Positions 1 to 14,426 are shown, counted from the stretch's first letter. The stretch is DNA of 64,000 bases from Eledone cirrhosa (GCA_964016885.1 OZ024748.1:34162001-34226000), one strand, 5' to 3'. Made by a program: numbers and translations. The notes: generated from the letters alone by a model not told the origin.

Positions 1-1846
1 CGTAGAGCCAACACATCACTCCAGGCCTACTTAAATACTGAAATGCGGAATATAAAAAAATTCCCCCAATCTCCATGTCCCCTCCGATAAAACCAAAAAT
101 GTTTATGAGGTAGACCCACAAACATATAATAAGCTGGCAAAAAATGCCATCACGACCACCTACAAAAAGGTAAATGAGTGCATTGACTAAGACAAATGCG
201 GGCGGAAAAGAAATCGCCTGTCCCTTAAAATACACGACCGAACGGAACCTTTAAGGGTAAAGACCCCGCACTTTACCCTGAAGGACCACAAGGGAAACTT
301 CCTCAACAAACCATCAGTGAGACTTATCAACCCCACACGTTCGGACATCGGCTCTATCAGCAAAAAGATCCTCGATAGAGTCTACCATCATTGCGGGCTG
401 CCTCCCCTCCCACTCTGAAGTAGAACATCTGAGGCAATTTCTTGGTTCCAAGAATTGCCCAACAAATGCCACACTCGCTTCCTGCAACTCGATATAGAAG
501 ACTACTATGCTTCTATCTCAGAACCCCTCCTGAAGGACGCACTTACTTTTGCCAAGAACTTTACCACCATAACTGATGCTGAGTAAGGCGTAATCCTCCA
601 TGCCCGTAAGACCTCCCTACACTACGAAGGATCTTACTGGATCAACAAGAAGTCTCAGACCGCCTTTGACGTCAGCATGGGAGCGAGTGATTCGGCTGAA
701 ATAAGCGACCTCGTGGGCCTTTACATTTTACATCACCTGAAGAACCTCTTTACTGGCCTCACCGGAGGTTTATACTGAGACCATGGCCTCTTCGCCTTGC
801 ACAAGGTTAACCCCAGAACCACTGATGGATTTCGGAGAAAGTTAAGCTCGTTCTTCCGTAATCTAGGATTTAGTATAACCATAGAATCTAATATGACTAG
901 GGCCAACTTTTTAGATGTCACCCTCGACCTAGATACTTCCCTCTATTACCCGAACCGCAAACCTAACGATTCCCTTAGATATATTAATGTTAATTATAAC
1001 CACCCCAAAAACATCACTGATAACTTAGTAAAAAGCGTCTCAATTAGAATCTCTGGCTTCTCGGCCAATGAAGATATATTTAACGCCTCCGCCTCCTACT
1101 ACAATGACGCCCTCGCCCACAGCGGATTTAAAGAAAAGATAACTTACCTAGAACCCACCGCAAGTCTGCCTAGGAGAAATAGACAGAGGCAGATTAGTTG
1201 GTACAACCCCCCCCCCCCCTTCAATAGAGAGGTCTCTACACCTATAGCTAAGACTTTCTTCACTTTACTGAACACACACTTCAACACACAACATAGGTAC
1301 TACACCATCTTCAATAAGAACACAATAAGACTCTCCTACTCCACTACACCTAACCTAGCTAGGAATATAGCCAATCTCAATTCTAAAAAATTAAATAAGC
1401 CAACTACCTCCGAACCCAATCCCCGGACTGAAGCCTTGTGCAATTGCCTAAATAAGGAAGCCTGTCCACTTGAAAACAAATGCCTGACAAATGACATCGT
1501 ATACAAATGTGATGTCATCTCAGGCACCGATGATAGCAACAACAAAAAGACTTACATCGGCATGACTTCCAATAATTTTAAGACCCGGTGGTATTCCCAT
1601 ACCCACTCTTTCAGAGACTGGACAAATAAAATCAGACAACACTCGCCTCCTATATCTCGGACCTCAAAAGGAACTCCACCCCCCACCCCCTTCACGTTTA
1701 AATGGAAAATACTCCAGAAAGCGCGCTCAGACAAGGGAGAACACAAGTGCTGCGAACTTTGTATCTCAGAGAGCTACGAAATATTATTTGCCAAGGGCCC
1801 GCTACTGAAAAAACTCTCTGAAAACTGCCTGAATTGCATGCACTAA
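1..1846 (+). pseudogene. Penelope-like element RT + C-terminal GIY-YIG endonuclease, disrupted and running off the window start
   Basis: FDVSMGASDSAE and decayed GGLY*DHG (YRDD) upstream. ORF 797-1846 has NFLDVTLDL, thumb 'YINVNYNHP', CNC..CPL..KC linker, IVYKC..KTYIGMT..FKTRWYSH and CELC..E. In-frame stops and frameshifts. Confidence 0.9.
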
Positions 1847-2192
1847 AACTTTGCAACATTCAAATACCTTAAGCCAGTATTAATGCCAGATGGCTAAAAA
1901 AGATTCCCTTTTTTTTAAAAACCCCACTTGACAAAATACCCCATCCACATAATCCCTCCCTACCCCTACCCCACTCGACCCGAAACACGGCACTGTGGTC
2001 ATGTAAGTACTTCTTACCTATCTGCTCTTTCCACATGTAGAGCGTACTTCATCTTAATACTGTATATATGTGTGTGTGTATTTGTGTATATTTATGAGTG
2101 TATGTACGTATTTGTATGAGTGGCCGTACGATTGTATGCGTATATTTGCGTGTACGTGCGTTTATATGTATTTACGTATATGTGTATGTGTG

Positions 2193-2256
<64 letters not shown>

Positions 2257-2259
<3 letters not shown>

Positions 2260-3205
2260 TATTTTGCAATACTGTATGCTTAATTAAAAGTATTTCGAAG
2301 ACCTTACGCTATTGTTTTAGAGGAGAGACAGTCTCACTTACTTCAATTTTCACCAAACAGCTGACAGAGGTCTGTTTCGTACTTTTTGGTACTTATCAAA
2401 GCTAACTACTCCGCCTGTTTCCTGAAAATTATGAATGCTGGATTCTTATAGAATTCCAGTAATAATCAGGAACTGATGATACAGAGCGGTTGCCGGTCAA
2501 GCAAAAATTGAAAATTAGAATTGGCGCTCTGAAATAGCGATATATATATGAATGTATATATAGAGTATTTTGCAATAAACTGTATGCTTAATTAAAAGCA
2601 TTTCGAAGACCTTTCGCTATTGTTTTAGAGTAGTGACAGTCTCACTTACTTTAATTTCAGCAAACAGGGGAAATAAAGCTGACAGAGCTCTGTTTCGCAC
2701 TTTTTGGTGCTTATCAAAGCTAACTACTCCGCCTGTTTGCTGAAAATTATGAATGTTGGATTCTTATAAAATTTCAATAATAATCAGGAACTGATTATAC
2801 AGAGCGGTTGCCGGACAAGCAAAAATTGAAAATTAGAATTGGTGCTCTGAAATAGCGATATATTGTATTGCAAAATACACTATATATACATTCATATATA
2901 TATCGCTATTTCAGAGCACACATTCTAATTTTCAATTCTTGCTTGACCGGCAACCGCTCTGTATAATCAGTTCCTGATTATTATTGGAATTCTATAAGAA
3001 TCCAACATTCATAATTTTCAGCAAACAGGCGGAGTAGTTAGCTTTGATAAGTACCAACAAGTACGAAACAGAACTCTGTCAGCTTTATCTCCCCAGTTTG
3101 CTGAAAATTGAAGTAAGTGAGACTGTCACTACTCTAAAACAATAGCGTGAGGTCTTCGAAATGCTTTTAATTAAGCATACAGTGTATTGTAAAATACACT
3201 ATTTA
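2257..3205. mobile_element. ORF-less PLE pLTR-type element (family A): two tandem ~300 bp units followed by one inverted unit, starting in (TA)n
   Basis: Units 2257-2545 and 2563-2862 are direct repeats; 2895-3205 is their reverse complement. Each carries a hammerhead motif. Confidence 0.85.
3040..3084 (+). ncRNA. Type I hammerhead ribozyme, U3-A8 core (copies on - strand at 2359-2403 and 2677-2721)
   Basis: agct-TTGATAA-gtac caacaa gtac-GAAA-caga ac tctg-TC-agct. Stem II is gtac/gtac in two copies and gcac/gtgc in the third. Confidence 0.8.
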
Positions 3206-3236
3206 TACATTCATATGTATCTCCCTTCAATATATA

Positions 3237-3287
<51 letters not shown>

Positions 3288-3484
3288 GAGGACAATGTGA
3301 CACGGGAGGGTGTGTGGTACCTTTGCAGTGGAGTGGTGGGGGCAGGTATACCTAGCCGACGCCAGCCGGACGGGCCAGAGAGTATATGTATATATTTGTA
3401 TGTATGTATGTGCGTATGTATGTATATATGTATGTATATATATAAATATATATGTGTGTGTGTGTATGTGTGTGTGTGTATATA

Positions 3485-3539
<55 letters not shown>

Positions 3540-3860
3540 ATAGATGTGTATGTAGGTGTTTATATATTTTTATATTTTTATATGTATATATATGTGTGTA
3601 TGTACATATACATTTGTGTGTGCATGTGGTTTTATTTATATATTGGTGTATGTGTGTATATATGCGTATAGATGTGTTTATATGTGTATATATATGTATA
3701 TATGTATGTATATATGTATGTATATATATATGTATATATATATATATATATATGTATATGTATATATATATGTATATATATATGTATATATATATGTATA
3801 TATATATGTATATATGTATATATGTACGTATGTGTGTCTATGTATATATATGTGTATGTG

Positions 3861-3920
<60 letters not shown>

Positions 3921-3923
<3 letters not shown>

Positions 3924-4487
3924 AGAGACGTAAAATAAGAAAATTATAAAATTAACTTACTTACTAAAATTTCACTCCAACTAATTAGTTTCTGAAAGGG
4001 AATAAACATAGTTTCCTAAGAAACGTACGGAGAAGCCTTTCGTCATCATGGAAGTCTATTCTCAGCTAAGTTTCCAGGCAATACGTGGATACAGGGAACT
4101 TATACAAAAATAATTCAGTGGATGGAAAAAAGCAAAGCGTGGACTAAATTCCAAGCCATTGAAAAAATCACTGCCTACTGCGTCGGTGGCAAATTCAAAA
4201 GAATCAATCACATGACATCGAGGTCAATCAGTGAAGAGTGGTTTGTTAAGAAGACAGCAGCCGGACCGTTACTATAGTAGCAGTTTTGGCCAATTTTTGC
4301 TCGACAAAATAATTTGGAGATAATTATAAAGAATTAGTATATCTAGTAACATATATATACACAGATGCATATTTAAGCTAGCAAATATATAGGTTTTGTC
4401 TTAGTAACTTTGTGGTTCAATGCATGGGGATGCAGAACAATAATATGAGACGTAAAATAAGAAAATTATAAATGCATCTGTTTCACA

Positions 4488-4490
<3 letters not shown>
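3921..4490 (-). mobile_element. PLE pLTR unit (family B) with decayed hammerhead at 3974-4055
   Basis: Reverse complement of 60950-61527; terminal direct repeat gagacgtaaaataagaaaattataaa at 3924 and 4447; flanked by microsatellites. Confidence 0.75.
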
Positions 4491-4534
<44 letters not shown>

Positions 4535-4819
4535 TATGTATGTGTATGTATGTATATATGTGTATATATATATGTGCGTACGTGTGTATATATGTATGCA
4601 TATGTGTACGTTTGAATGTGTGTATGCATGAGAGCGTGTGTGTGTGTGCGTATATATGTACACATATTTGTATGTATGTGTATATATATGTGTATATATT
4701 TGTATATGTGTATGTGTGTATGTACCATTATGTATGTTTGTTGTATGTGTGCCTGCCTGTGTGTGCGTGCGTGTATGTGTGTATACGCGTGTAAGTGGGC
4801 GAGTGTGTGAGTGTGCTTG

Positions 4820-5554
<735 letters not shown>

Positions 5555-5693
5555 CATGTAAAGTTATATTTAAAATTGTTGGGTTACAACTAGTAAATAT
5601 TTATAACTGATATAAAAGCACTCGACAAATATTTGGAGTATATTTACAATATTAAATAAATGGAAAACTATATCTATAAAACTGTTTATATTG

Positions 5694-5759
5694 TATTTTG
5701 TCTGATGAAGGCATAGCATATTGTTAATATGATATCCCCGAAATATATATAATGAAATA
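5694..5759 (+). ncRNA. Type I hammerhead ribozyme (family D)
   Basis: tattttgt-CTGATGA-[stem II]-GAAA-tatata-TA-atgaaata; flanks are homologous to 60285-60725. Confidence 0.65.
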
Positions 5760-6840
5760 AATATGGTTTTATAAATATAGTTTTCCATTTATTTAATATT
5801 GTATATATGTATATATATATTTTATTATTAATATATTTTAGTGATTTATTGTTTTAAATCGAGACAGGCAAACTGTATTAATTTAATTAGTATTTTTCAA
5901 TCTAGATAACTTGGTCATTTGCAATACAAACACTTATATAATTGTATTAGTGTTTATCATATATTAATTTATATTAATTTGTATTTCACGGCTCAGAAAT
6001 ATCTCTTTCTTTGAGCTATTTAATTGTAAAAGACTGTTTGAGTTTTCTTTACTAGTATTGAATGTATTTTCAAATAAAATTCGTTTGAATGTACTAGCTT
6101 TTTCTTTTCATACAGAGTATTAGAGATTATTGACCCGACCACGTATATACATACATATATATATATACATATATATATACATATATATATATATATACAT
6201 ATATATATACATACATATATATATATACATATATATATATACATATACTTACATATACAAATACATACATATATATATACATTCATATACACATACATAC
6301 ATATATATATTCATATATACATATATACCTATATATATACGTACATATTTATATACATACACATATATATACATACATACATATATACACATATACATAC
6401 ATATATATACATACACATATATATATACATACATATATATATATACATACATATATATATCTATACATACATATATACATATATACATACATATATATAT
6501 ATACATATATATATATACATAGATATATGTATATATATATATGTATATATAAATATATATGTATGTATATATGTATATATGTATGTATATATATATATAT
6601 GTATGTATATGTATATATATATGTGTATGTATATATATGTATATGTGTATATATGTATGTATGTATATATATGTGTATGTATATAAATATGTACGTATAT
6701 ATATAGGTATATATGTATATATGAATATATATATATATGTATGTATGTGTATATGTATATATGTATGTATATGTATATGTATGTATATGTATATATATAT
6801 ATATGTATATATATGTATGTATATATATATATGTATATAT

Positions 6841-7452
6841 GTCAGGTCACCAGTTGGTGCTACTGGTAACATGTATCCCAGTACAACCTGTCTCATGGTG
6901 GGGTTGTTGGTGACAAAACTGGCAACCCAACCAAGGTTCCTTGTGATGAGGCTGACTTTGGACATCCTGCAGGACTAAAAACAAAACCTGTCAAAGGGCA
7001 AAAGAGCTCTTAAGAGTCAATGGCCATCCAAAATCACCGGGAGAGATGACCCCTTAGCCTTTGTCAAGGCAGAATTCTAGGAGAAGGAAAACTCTGATAT
7101 AACACCTGCAACCCTGATGGTATCCAATGATGTTGACTTGTTCTTCTTTTTGGTAAATATCATTTTGGTTAAGAGAGTGGGACTGGCTTTGTGTAGTGCC
7201 TTTGCTCACTATAAAAGCTTCACGGCACAGGCATTGCTTTATATCTGGAGATCTCTCTGCACTTGTCGTCACATGGTACCATGGGCCCAGCACTATGTGT
7301 CAATAATTGTCACAAGTGTAGTGTTTGTACCAGAGTTTTCAAGTCGCTGGCTGGACTAAAAAGTCACACTCGTTCAGCGCATCCGTAGGGGTTCTCCTAC
7401 ATGGATATAAAGTAGTGGCCGTACTCGAAAACGAGTTTGGCAGCCACCATGT
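6841..7452 (+). mobile_element. Non-autonomous RTE-like element (5'UTR-like part joined to a 3' end with C2H2 remnant)
   Basis: Homologous to 55523-56056; contains tctaggagaaggaaaactc. 7308-7388 translates CHKCSVCTRVFKSLAGLKSHTRSAHP*, like the C-terminal C2H2 finger of RTE ORFs. Confidence 0.55.
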
Positions 7453-8758
7453 AAGCGATCAGTTCATTGAATTATGCACGTAATCATCTTGATGTGGACT
7501 CCTTTAATACCTATTGATAGACTCCACTCTAGCTTGGAGATGTGATACATAATTGATTTATATTTGAGACGGGGATTGTCTATTGCTTGATGGCCAGACT
7601 AGTGCATTTATATGAGAGATTGGATCTCCGGACCATACCGAAGATTTACTGGAGATGCAGGCAAGCAATGACCCGGAGCCTACCGGGTGGCATATATAAT
7701 AGTGGGACCATACCAGGTCCTACTGTTATATTACATTTGCATGGAGCAGTGACTTGAGAGTCTGACTCCTCTTATAGAACGTTCAGATATGACACCCCTT
7801 AATTAATGGATGGTAATCATCCTAATATATACACCCTTGTACTTCTTAATGGACAACTCTCTAACCTATAAATGGGTAACATACTCTAGATATTAGTTAT
7901 AACTTCACATGATAGGCACGTATTTGAATCACCATTAATGTAGTTTAGCATAGTAATGTAACTAAGATAACTAGCTAGTTACTTCCCCTTACGCATTAAT
8001 TCCCCTTAGTCATTCAGGCACTTCCGGAATCTGGACAGCATGATATATTATTTAAGAACCGACTGGATACGGTTTATAGCTTGACTATATGCTGAACCAC
8101 TGCGAATTATACGATAGACGCGTGTTCTCTCTATATATATATTGCGTCTCATGGATTATGCGAGTGGTGGTGTGAGCAAGGACAGTGGTACGACCTTGCC
8201 TACGATACAATAAGGTTTATAGTATGTTGAAGGTTTTTGATATTTTGGTGTTTCCCCGCATCCGAGACTGTATATCATACAGATGTATGAGAATAAATGA
8301 CTTAATAATTCAGCCTATATAATAAGATCGATTGCCTGCTTCAACTGCCTGACCCTGTAAATATCATTCTGACGCACTCTAATCATGTATAGATAAGACA
8401 CGCGTGCATGCTACACGGGAGATTGTTTCATACACTGACTACTCTAAGCTTTCCTCTTGCCTTATCTTCATAGACTGCCAACGCTTCATGTTTATCTTTA
8501 TTTTCACTCTTATTTTCACTCTTGTTTTTATTTTATTTTATTTTTATCCTGGAACCTTTATATGTAAATTGCCATGCTATATCATTTGATGAATGTCACC
8601 CCACTGTTGATCAATATGCGCATATGTTTTATGTGTCTCTTGGGTTGAAAAGGAGGTCAAGTATGTTATAAATAGTTGCTCCGAAGAATCCAAACCTCGG
8701 TTTGGAGGAAACAATTGTAAGCAAATAAATGACTTAAACTGAACTTTGATTACTGTAA

Positions 8759-8792
<34 letters not shown>

Positions 8793-8918
8793 AATACCGC
8801 AACCGGTAAAACTTAAAACCAAAACTGAATACTAACCAATACTATTACTAATTTTACTTATTCCTAATTAAACTATTTTTCACTGGGAACAATTTGTCAG
8901 CATTTTCTTTTCCTTTTA

Positions 8919-8986
<68 letters not shown>

Positions 8987-9014
8987 TAGATAGATAGATA
9001 TTTATACATATATA

Positions 9015-9769
9015 TAGTAATAATAACAAATTTGAAGACTAAAAATACAAAGAGGGCTCGATATGAACTCTAGAGAAAATATTTATTAAAATAACAGCTT
9101 AAAGTTTTAGCAAAGAATCGCTGCTTTCACCTTTAACGGGATCTTCTGAAACTAAAAATATCGATCTCGGAACACAGAAGTAAATATTTCGAAAAACGTT
9201 GTAACCGAAGTAAGCAGGAAGACGATACTTTGGTTCGTGAAGACGTTCCCTGGCAATGAACGAAAAAAAGCGGAGATAAAACGTCATTATGTGAAGCGAT
9301 GAGAACCAATACACGCAAAGACAAAACCACATTTGCGCTGTAAATGAAGTCGTAGACTAATACTCTATTTAGGAAACCGAATGATTCTCGGCTTCAGAGT
9401 TAAGAATAATGTAAATATCTAATTATTTGATTTTAATAACCTATGTCATTTTCGTTCTACTAATATATTTACATTATTCTTAACTCTGAAACCGAGATTC
9501 ATTCGGTTTCCTAAATAGAGTATTAGTCTACGACTTCATTTATACCATATACGTGGTTTTGTCTTTGCGTGTATTTGTTCTCAACGCTCCACATAATGAC
9601 GTTTTATCTCCGCTTTTTTCCGTTTTCCTTTTATCTCCTGTTTTCCTTCGATTGCAACGTTTTTCGAAATATTTACTTCTGCGTTCACAGATTGATTTTT
9701 CTAGTTTCAGAAGATCCCGTTAAGGGTGAAAGCAGCGATTCTTAGCTTAAACTTTAATCTGTTATTTTA

Positions 9770-9776
<7 letters not shown>
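9015..9776. mobile_element. Fold-back PLE pLTR element (family E) in (TA)n
   Basis: Inverted arms ~9079-9418 and ~9465-9776, homologous to the 3' UTR (11980-12150) of the adjacent PLE; hammerhead motifs at 9103-9153 (-) and 9703-9753 (+). Confidence 0.85.
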
Positions 9777-9837
<61 letters not shown>

Positions 9838-9841
<4 letters not shown>

Positions 9842-12145
9842 ATAATAATAAATTTGAAGACTAAAATCCAAAGAGGGCTCGATAAGGATAAATATATATC
9901 AAATATATAAGAACTGTAGAGCAAAGGTTGCGTTGGCGTGCATTTTATTTCGATAATCCGCGAAAAGCAGACAACTAACAGGATAAATTTGGGTTTAAAA
10001 CCTATAATAACCCTCCGTGTAACCCAGCATTGCTACTCTTCGAAAATGATGTCTTGGAACTCATACGGAGTATCAAATTTCGGAGTAGGAGCAATTCCTT
10101 CCAGCAGGACCTGAAGAATAGAATTCGTTCTATTAAGGATTCTAATGCTGTGCACGTCCATTCCGACAAAACTTACAACCTATATCAAGTGGAGCGCAGT
10201 ACTTACCATCAACTACTACATAATGCTGTAACTAAGGATTACCGTAAAACTAATCGGTGCGTCATCAATGAAATCAACGATGTTGGGTTTAAAATCACCT
10301 CTGATCTCAACATCCTGGACCGGACCGACCCTATTTCTCCCCACTTTACCCTGAAGGATCACAAATCCAATTTTCCGAACAACCCCTCTATTCGGCTTAT
10401 TAACCCTACGAAGTCCGATTTAGGTAGACTTAGTAAAAGGATTCTTGATAGAATTATACCTGAAATTAGAAGTTTGGCCCCTCTTGCACTGTTGAACAAT
10501 TCTTTCGCGGTGATTGATTGGTTCAACGGCATATGCAACAAGGAACATTGCCGTTTTATCCAATTCGACATCAATAATTACTACTCCTCCATCACTTTAC
10601 CACTTCTCCTTAGAGCTATCAATTTCGCTAAAACACTCACAGTGGTTAAGGATTTCGAAGTTGATGTCATCCCAATGCCCGTAAGTCGGTGATTAATTTC
10701 GACGACTCTATTTGGATTAAAAAATCCAATAGTACCCCATTCGACGTGAGTATGGGCGCCAGCGATTCTGCGGAGGTTACTGATCTTATCGGCCTTTTCC
10801 TTCTTTTCTCTATCAAGGACGAATTCCCCAACGCGGGCGGTGGTTTGTACCGTGATGATGGTCTTTTGACCATGACTAAGTGCGGTCCTCGTGCTTACGA
10901 CAGGTTCAGAAAAGAACTCACAGCCTTCTTTAAAGGCTTCAACCTCTCTATATAGGTTGAGGCCAACCTCTCGGTCGTTAATTACTTCGACGTTACCCTC
11001 AATTTATCGAATGGCTTGTATTACCCGTATAGAAAGCCGAATGATACGCTTAATTACATAAGTAAGCATTCCAACCATCCTGCCAGCTAACCAAGAACCT
11101 TGTAAGAAACGTTTCGTTGAGGCTTTCCCGTCTATCTACTAACGAGCATATTTTTAACGACCATTCCACTAATTACAATGAAGCTCTTGCTCGGAGTGGA
11201 TTTGTCGATAAGGTAGCATATACAGAGTACTAAAATAGACCTAGAAGAAATAGATCCCGCCACATTTGTTGGTATAACCCTCCATATAATATGGAGGTGG
11301 CCACACCATTAGCTAAGATCTTACTATCCCTTATTACGAAGCATTTTCCCCCTACACATAAATATAGTAACATTTTTAATAGAAAAACTATTAAAATTTC
11401 TTACTCTACGACTCCTAACCTTGCACATAACATCACAACTTCAAATTTAGCTAAACTACCTCGCCGTAGGAACACGTGTAACCCTGTAGTTAGTACTAAC
11501 TGTAATTGTAGGAATCGGGTTGATTGCCCCCTATCCGGGAAATGCCTCTCTAGTAACATTGTCTACAAATGTAAGGTTGAAACGCCCACGTCCCGTAGGG
11601 CCTACATAGGGTTAACCGCCAATAGATTCAAGCAGCGTCTTTACATGCATATCCATTATTTTCGGCACCCTCTAAGAAGGAATATGACGTCACTTTCAGC
11701 TTATATAACGGAAATAAAAGACCATGTGACCTCTGCGTCGCTGAGGCCCTGGAAATACTCTACACCACAGACCACATCTTATACAAAAAATCTGAGGCAA
11801 TTTCGGCATAAATTGCACAACACTTTCCTGTATTACAGCCCCACATTATACCCTAACGGATAGTACGATCTATGCGTGGATATTTTACATCTTGGTGTGG
11901 TAGCTAAGTATATGTTATGTTTATACCATTACTTATTTGCATAGGTAAGTATATATTACCTGTATGTTTCGTGAAGGGATACGTTTCCACGAACCAAAGT
12001 ATCGTCTTCCAGTCTTCATCCGGTTGCAACGTTTTTTGAAATATCCACTTCTGCGTTTACAGATTGACTTTGTTAGTTTCAGAAGATCCCGTTAAGGGTG
12101 AAAGCAGCGATTCTTTGCTTAAACTTTAATCTGTTATTTTAATAA

Positions 12146-12150
<5 letters not shown>
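9838..12150 (+). mobile_element. Penelope-like element, 5'-truncated and frameshifted, with inverted 3' tail at its 5' end
   Basis: ORFs 10030-10692 (IRLINPTKSDLG, FIQFDINNYYSSI), 10689-10955 (FDVSMGASDSAE, GGLYRDDGL) and 11291-11863 (CNC..CPL.GKC, IVYKC..AYIGLT..FKQR). Both ends abut (TA)n. Confidence 0.92.
12075..12125 (+). ncRNA. Hammerhead-like motif with CAGAAGA core in PLE 3' UTR (family E)
   Basis: agttt-CAGAAGA-t ccc gttaa ggg t-GAAA-gca gcgattctt tgc-TT-aaact; all three stems pair. Confidence 0.6.
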
Positions 12151-12197
<47 letters not shown>

Positions 12198-13352
12198 TTC
12201 GGTTTTGAGATGTTATTCTTACGTCCGTCAATAATTCATATATTCTCAGGTCTTGAATAATCGTCTTTACCGCCCCCACGCTTATTGATTTGTCAGATTT
12301 TCCCCTCCCCGGTTTTTAATCTAATTTCCAGTGAAATTTGATTGTAAGTAATTCATATTGATACAGCAGCTGGAGAGTGATAATTTTTATTTTACATTAA
12401 AAAAACACATCATATATGACAACAGAACATTACAATCCCATATTTACGAACGTACAGTATACAATTACTGATTTCCCAAACCTCCACCCCATTATTGCCA
12501 CCCTCCTATTATTTGAGACCCGAGAGTGCCACAAAACACTCATCTTCTCTATGTCTATCACACAAAACTCTCTTTTAATCCCCATCTCTGTATCTACTAA
12601 AACCAAACTCTACCCATCTCTATTTCTACCACGACACCGCCTCTCTTATCCCACTCTCTATATCTAAGACTAATACAACTCTCACTCTCTACAAATATCT
12701 ACAACTATCTCTCCAAATCCCCCTCTGTTTATAAATCACCTCTAATCTCTCACCTTCTCTATATCTACTACACATCACTCTCCCATTATCCCTCTCTGTA
12801 TATCTACAACCACCAAATTCTCTCCCCTCTCTATGTGTAACATACAACACACTCTCCCAACCTTCCTCTCTATATAAATTAACACAAAACTCCCCTCTCT
12901 CTATTTCTATCTCTCCCATCTGTCTGTACATAACATGTACATAAATTGTAGCGCATATACAAATAGATGTGTTTTGGTAGTTTGGTGAAAAAATATAATC
13001 ATTGGGGGCAGCATGCCCCCCCCCCCCCCCCGCCCCCCAGTCCTACCTGTTAGTGTAGAGTACTAAGTTAAATAATGGTCTTCCCAGTGTTAACCAGTAA
13101 CGTTTCACATGCACACACATCATGTGTGTATATATATCCTACGCTGCCTGTCGGTTCATCACCCATGTACTCTCTCTTTCTATCTCTCAGTTTATTTCTC
13201 TTTCTCCTTCTCTAGATAAAATACTTGCATCTCTTACTGTTTTTTCTCCTTGTTTCTTTCATTATTTACCTTACAGTACAGAACAATACCACTTTGAGCA
13301 TATATCATACTTGAAGAATATTTAGACAGAAAATGGATAAATTTAAAGTTAT

Positions 13353-13680
13353 AAACACACACACACAGACACACACACACACATACAGACACACACACAC
13401 AGAGACACACACACACACAGACACACACAGACACACAGACACACGCACACAGACACACACCCACACACAGACACACACATACACATACACACACACATAG
13501 ACACACACACACACACATACACACAGACACACACAGACACACACAGACACAGACACACACACACACACACACACATACACACACATACACACACACACAG
13601 ATACACACACACACACAGACACACACACACACACACACAGACACCCACACACACATATACACACACACACACAATCACAT
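13353..13680. repeat. Degenerate (CA)n microsatellite, representative of dozens of (TA)n/(CA)n/(GA)n tracts in the window
   Basis: Direct inspection. Confidence 0.95.
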
Positions 13681-13799
13681 ATATGCATATATAATGAGGT
13701 AAGTATATATTTTGAACGATATAATTTCACCTACATACATAAGTTATATACGGAAGAATGTATCTATCTATATATCTCTCTCTCTCTGTATATATAAAG

Positions 13800-13850
13800 A
13801 GATTCTACAGGACTAGAACTGTTTCATTCGTGAGAAATCATCAGGGATCT
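13800..13850 (-). ncRNA. Type I hammerhead ribozyme (family C)
   Basis: Reverse complement reads agatcc-CTGATGA-tttctcacgaat-GAAA-cag..ctg-TA-gaatct. Confidence 0.7.
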
Positions 13851-14023
13851 GACTGCCCAAGTAAATAAGCTTTACTTAGACTCACAAAGGCAGAAAGAAT
13901 TCTATAAACAAGTTCAAATTTAAATTTTGGGTGCCTCTCCTTATTGTCAAGTTTCTCTTAAGCTATATTTCAGGTGTCTACAAGCACATTCACACACACA
14001 GATACACACGCACGCGCACACAT

Positions 14024-14061
<38 letters not shown>

Positions 14062-14129
14062 CACTGATGAGGGACTTATTTTATTACATGTTATCCATGT
14101 GCTACCAGCAGTATTTTTCTCCCCGTTTT

Positions 14130-14179
<50 letters not shown>

Positions 14180-14184
<5 letters not shown>

Positions 14185-14426
14185 GTGAGGTTTTTTTTAC
14201 AAAAGGAAAAATAACCGAGGTGTCCTACATGAGTGAAAGTATAAGGAAAAAAGATGAAATCGAAAATGCAACTGGAGTCTTATTTAAAAACCACAGACTC
14301 TCCATCTCAACTCTACTTTTGAAAAGCAGAAGAACTGCGAAACCGGTAGAGGAACCAAATAAATATATATATATTTTTTAAAATAAGACTCCAGTTGCAT
14401 TTTCGATTTCATCTTTTTTCCTTATA
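14180..14426. repeat. Small fold-back element in (TA)n
   Basis: ~50 bp inverted arms at 14240-14291 and 14374-14426; no hammerhead found. Confidence 0.6.

Noticed and set aside
2473-2535. CTGATGA...GAAA on + strand in family A unit 1
   Set aside because: No stem III/UH or stem I; sister copies read CTGATTA. The real motif is the U3-A8 hammerhead on the other strand.
7308-7388. C2H2 zinc finger as a possible host ZNF exon
   Set aside because: Single finger ending in a stop inside a repeat whose flanks match 55523-56056; fits an RTE C-terminus better.
7450-8590. Possible solo LTR
   Set aside because: No clear TG..CA boundaries, TSD, PBS or second copy identified.
14066-14130. CTGATGAG in a short TA-bounded island
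   Set aside because: No downstream GAAA or stems; at most a truncated remnant.
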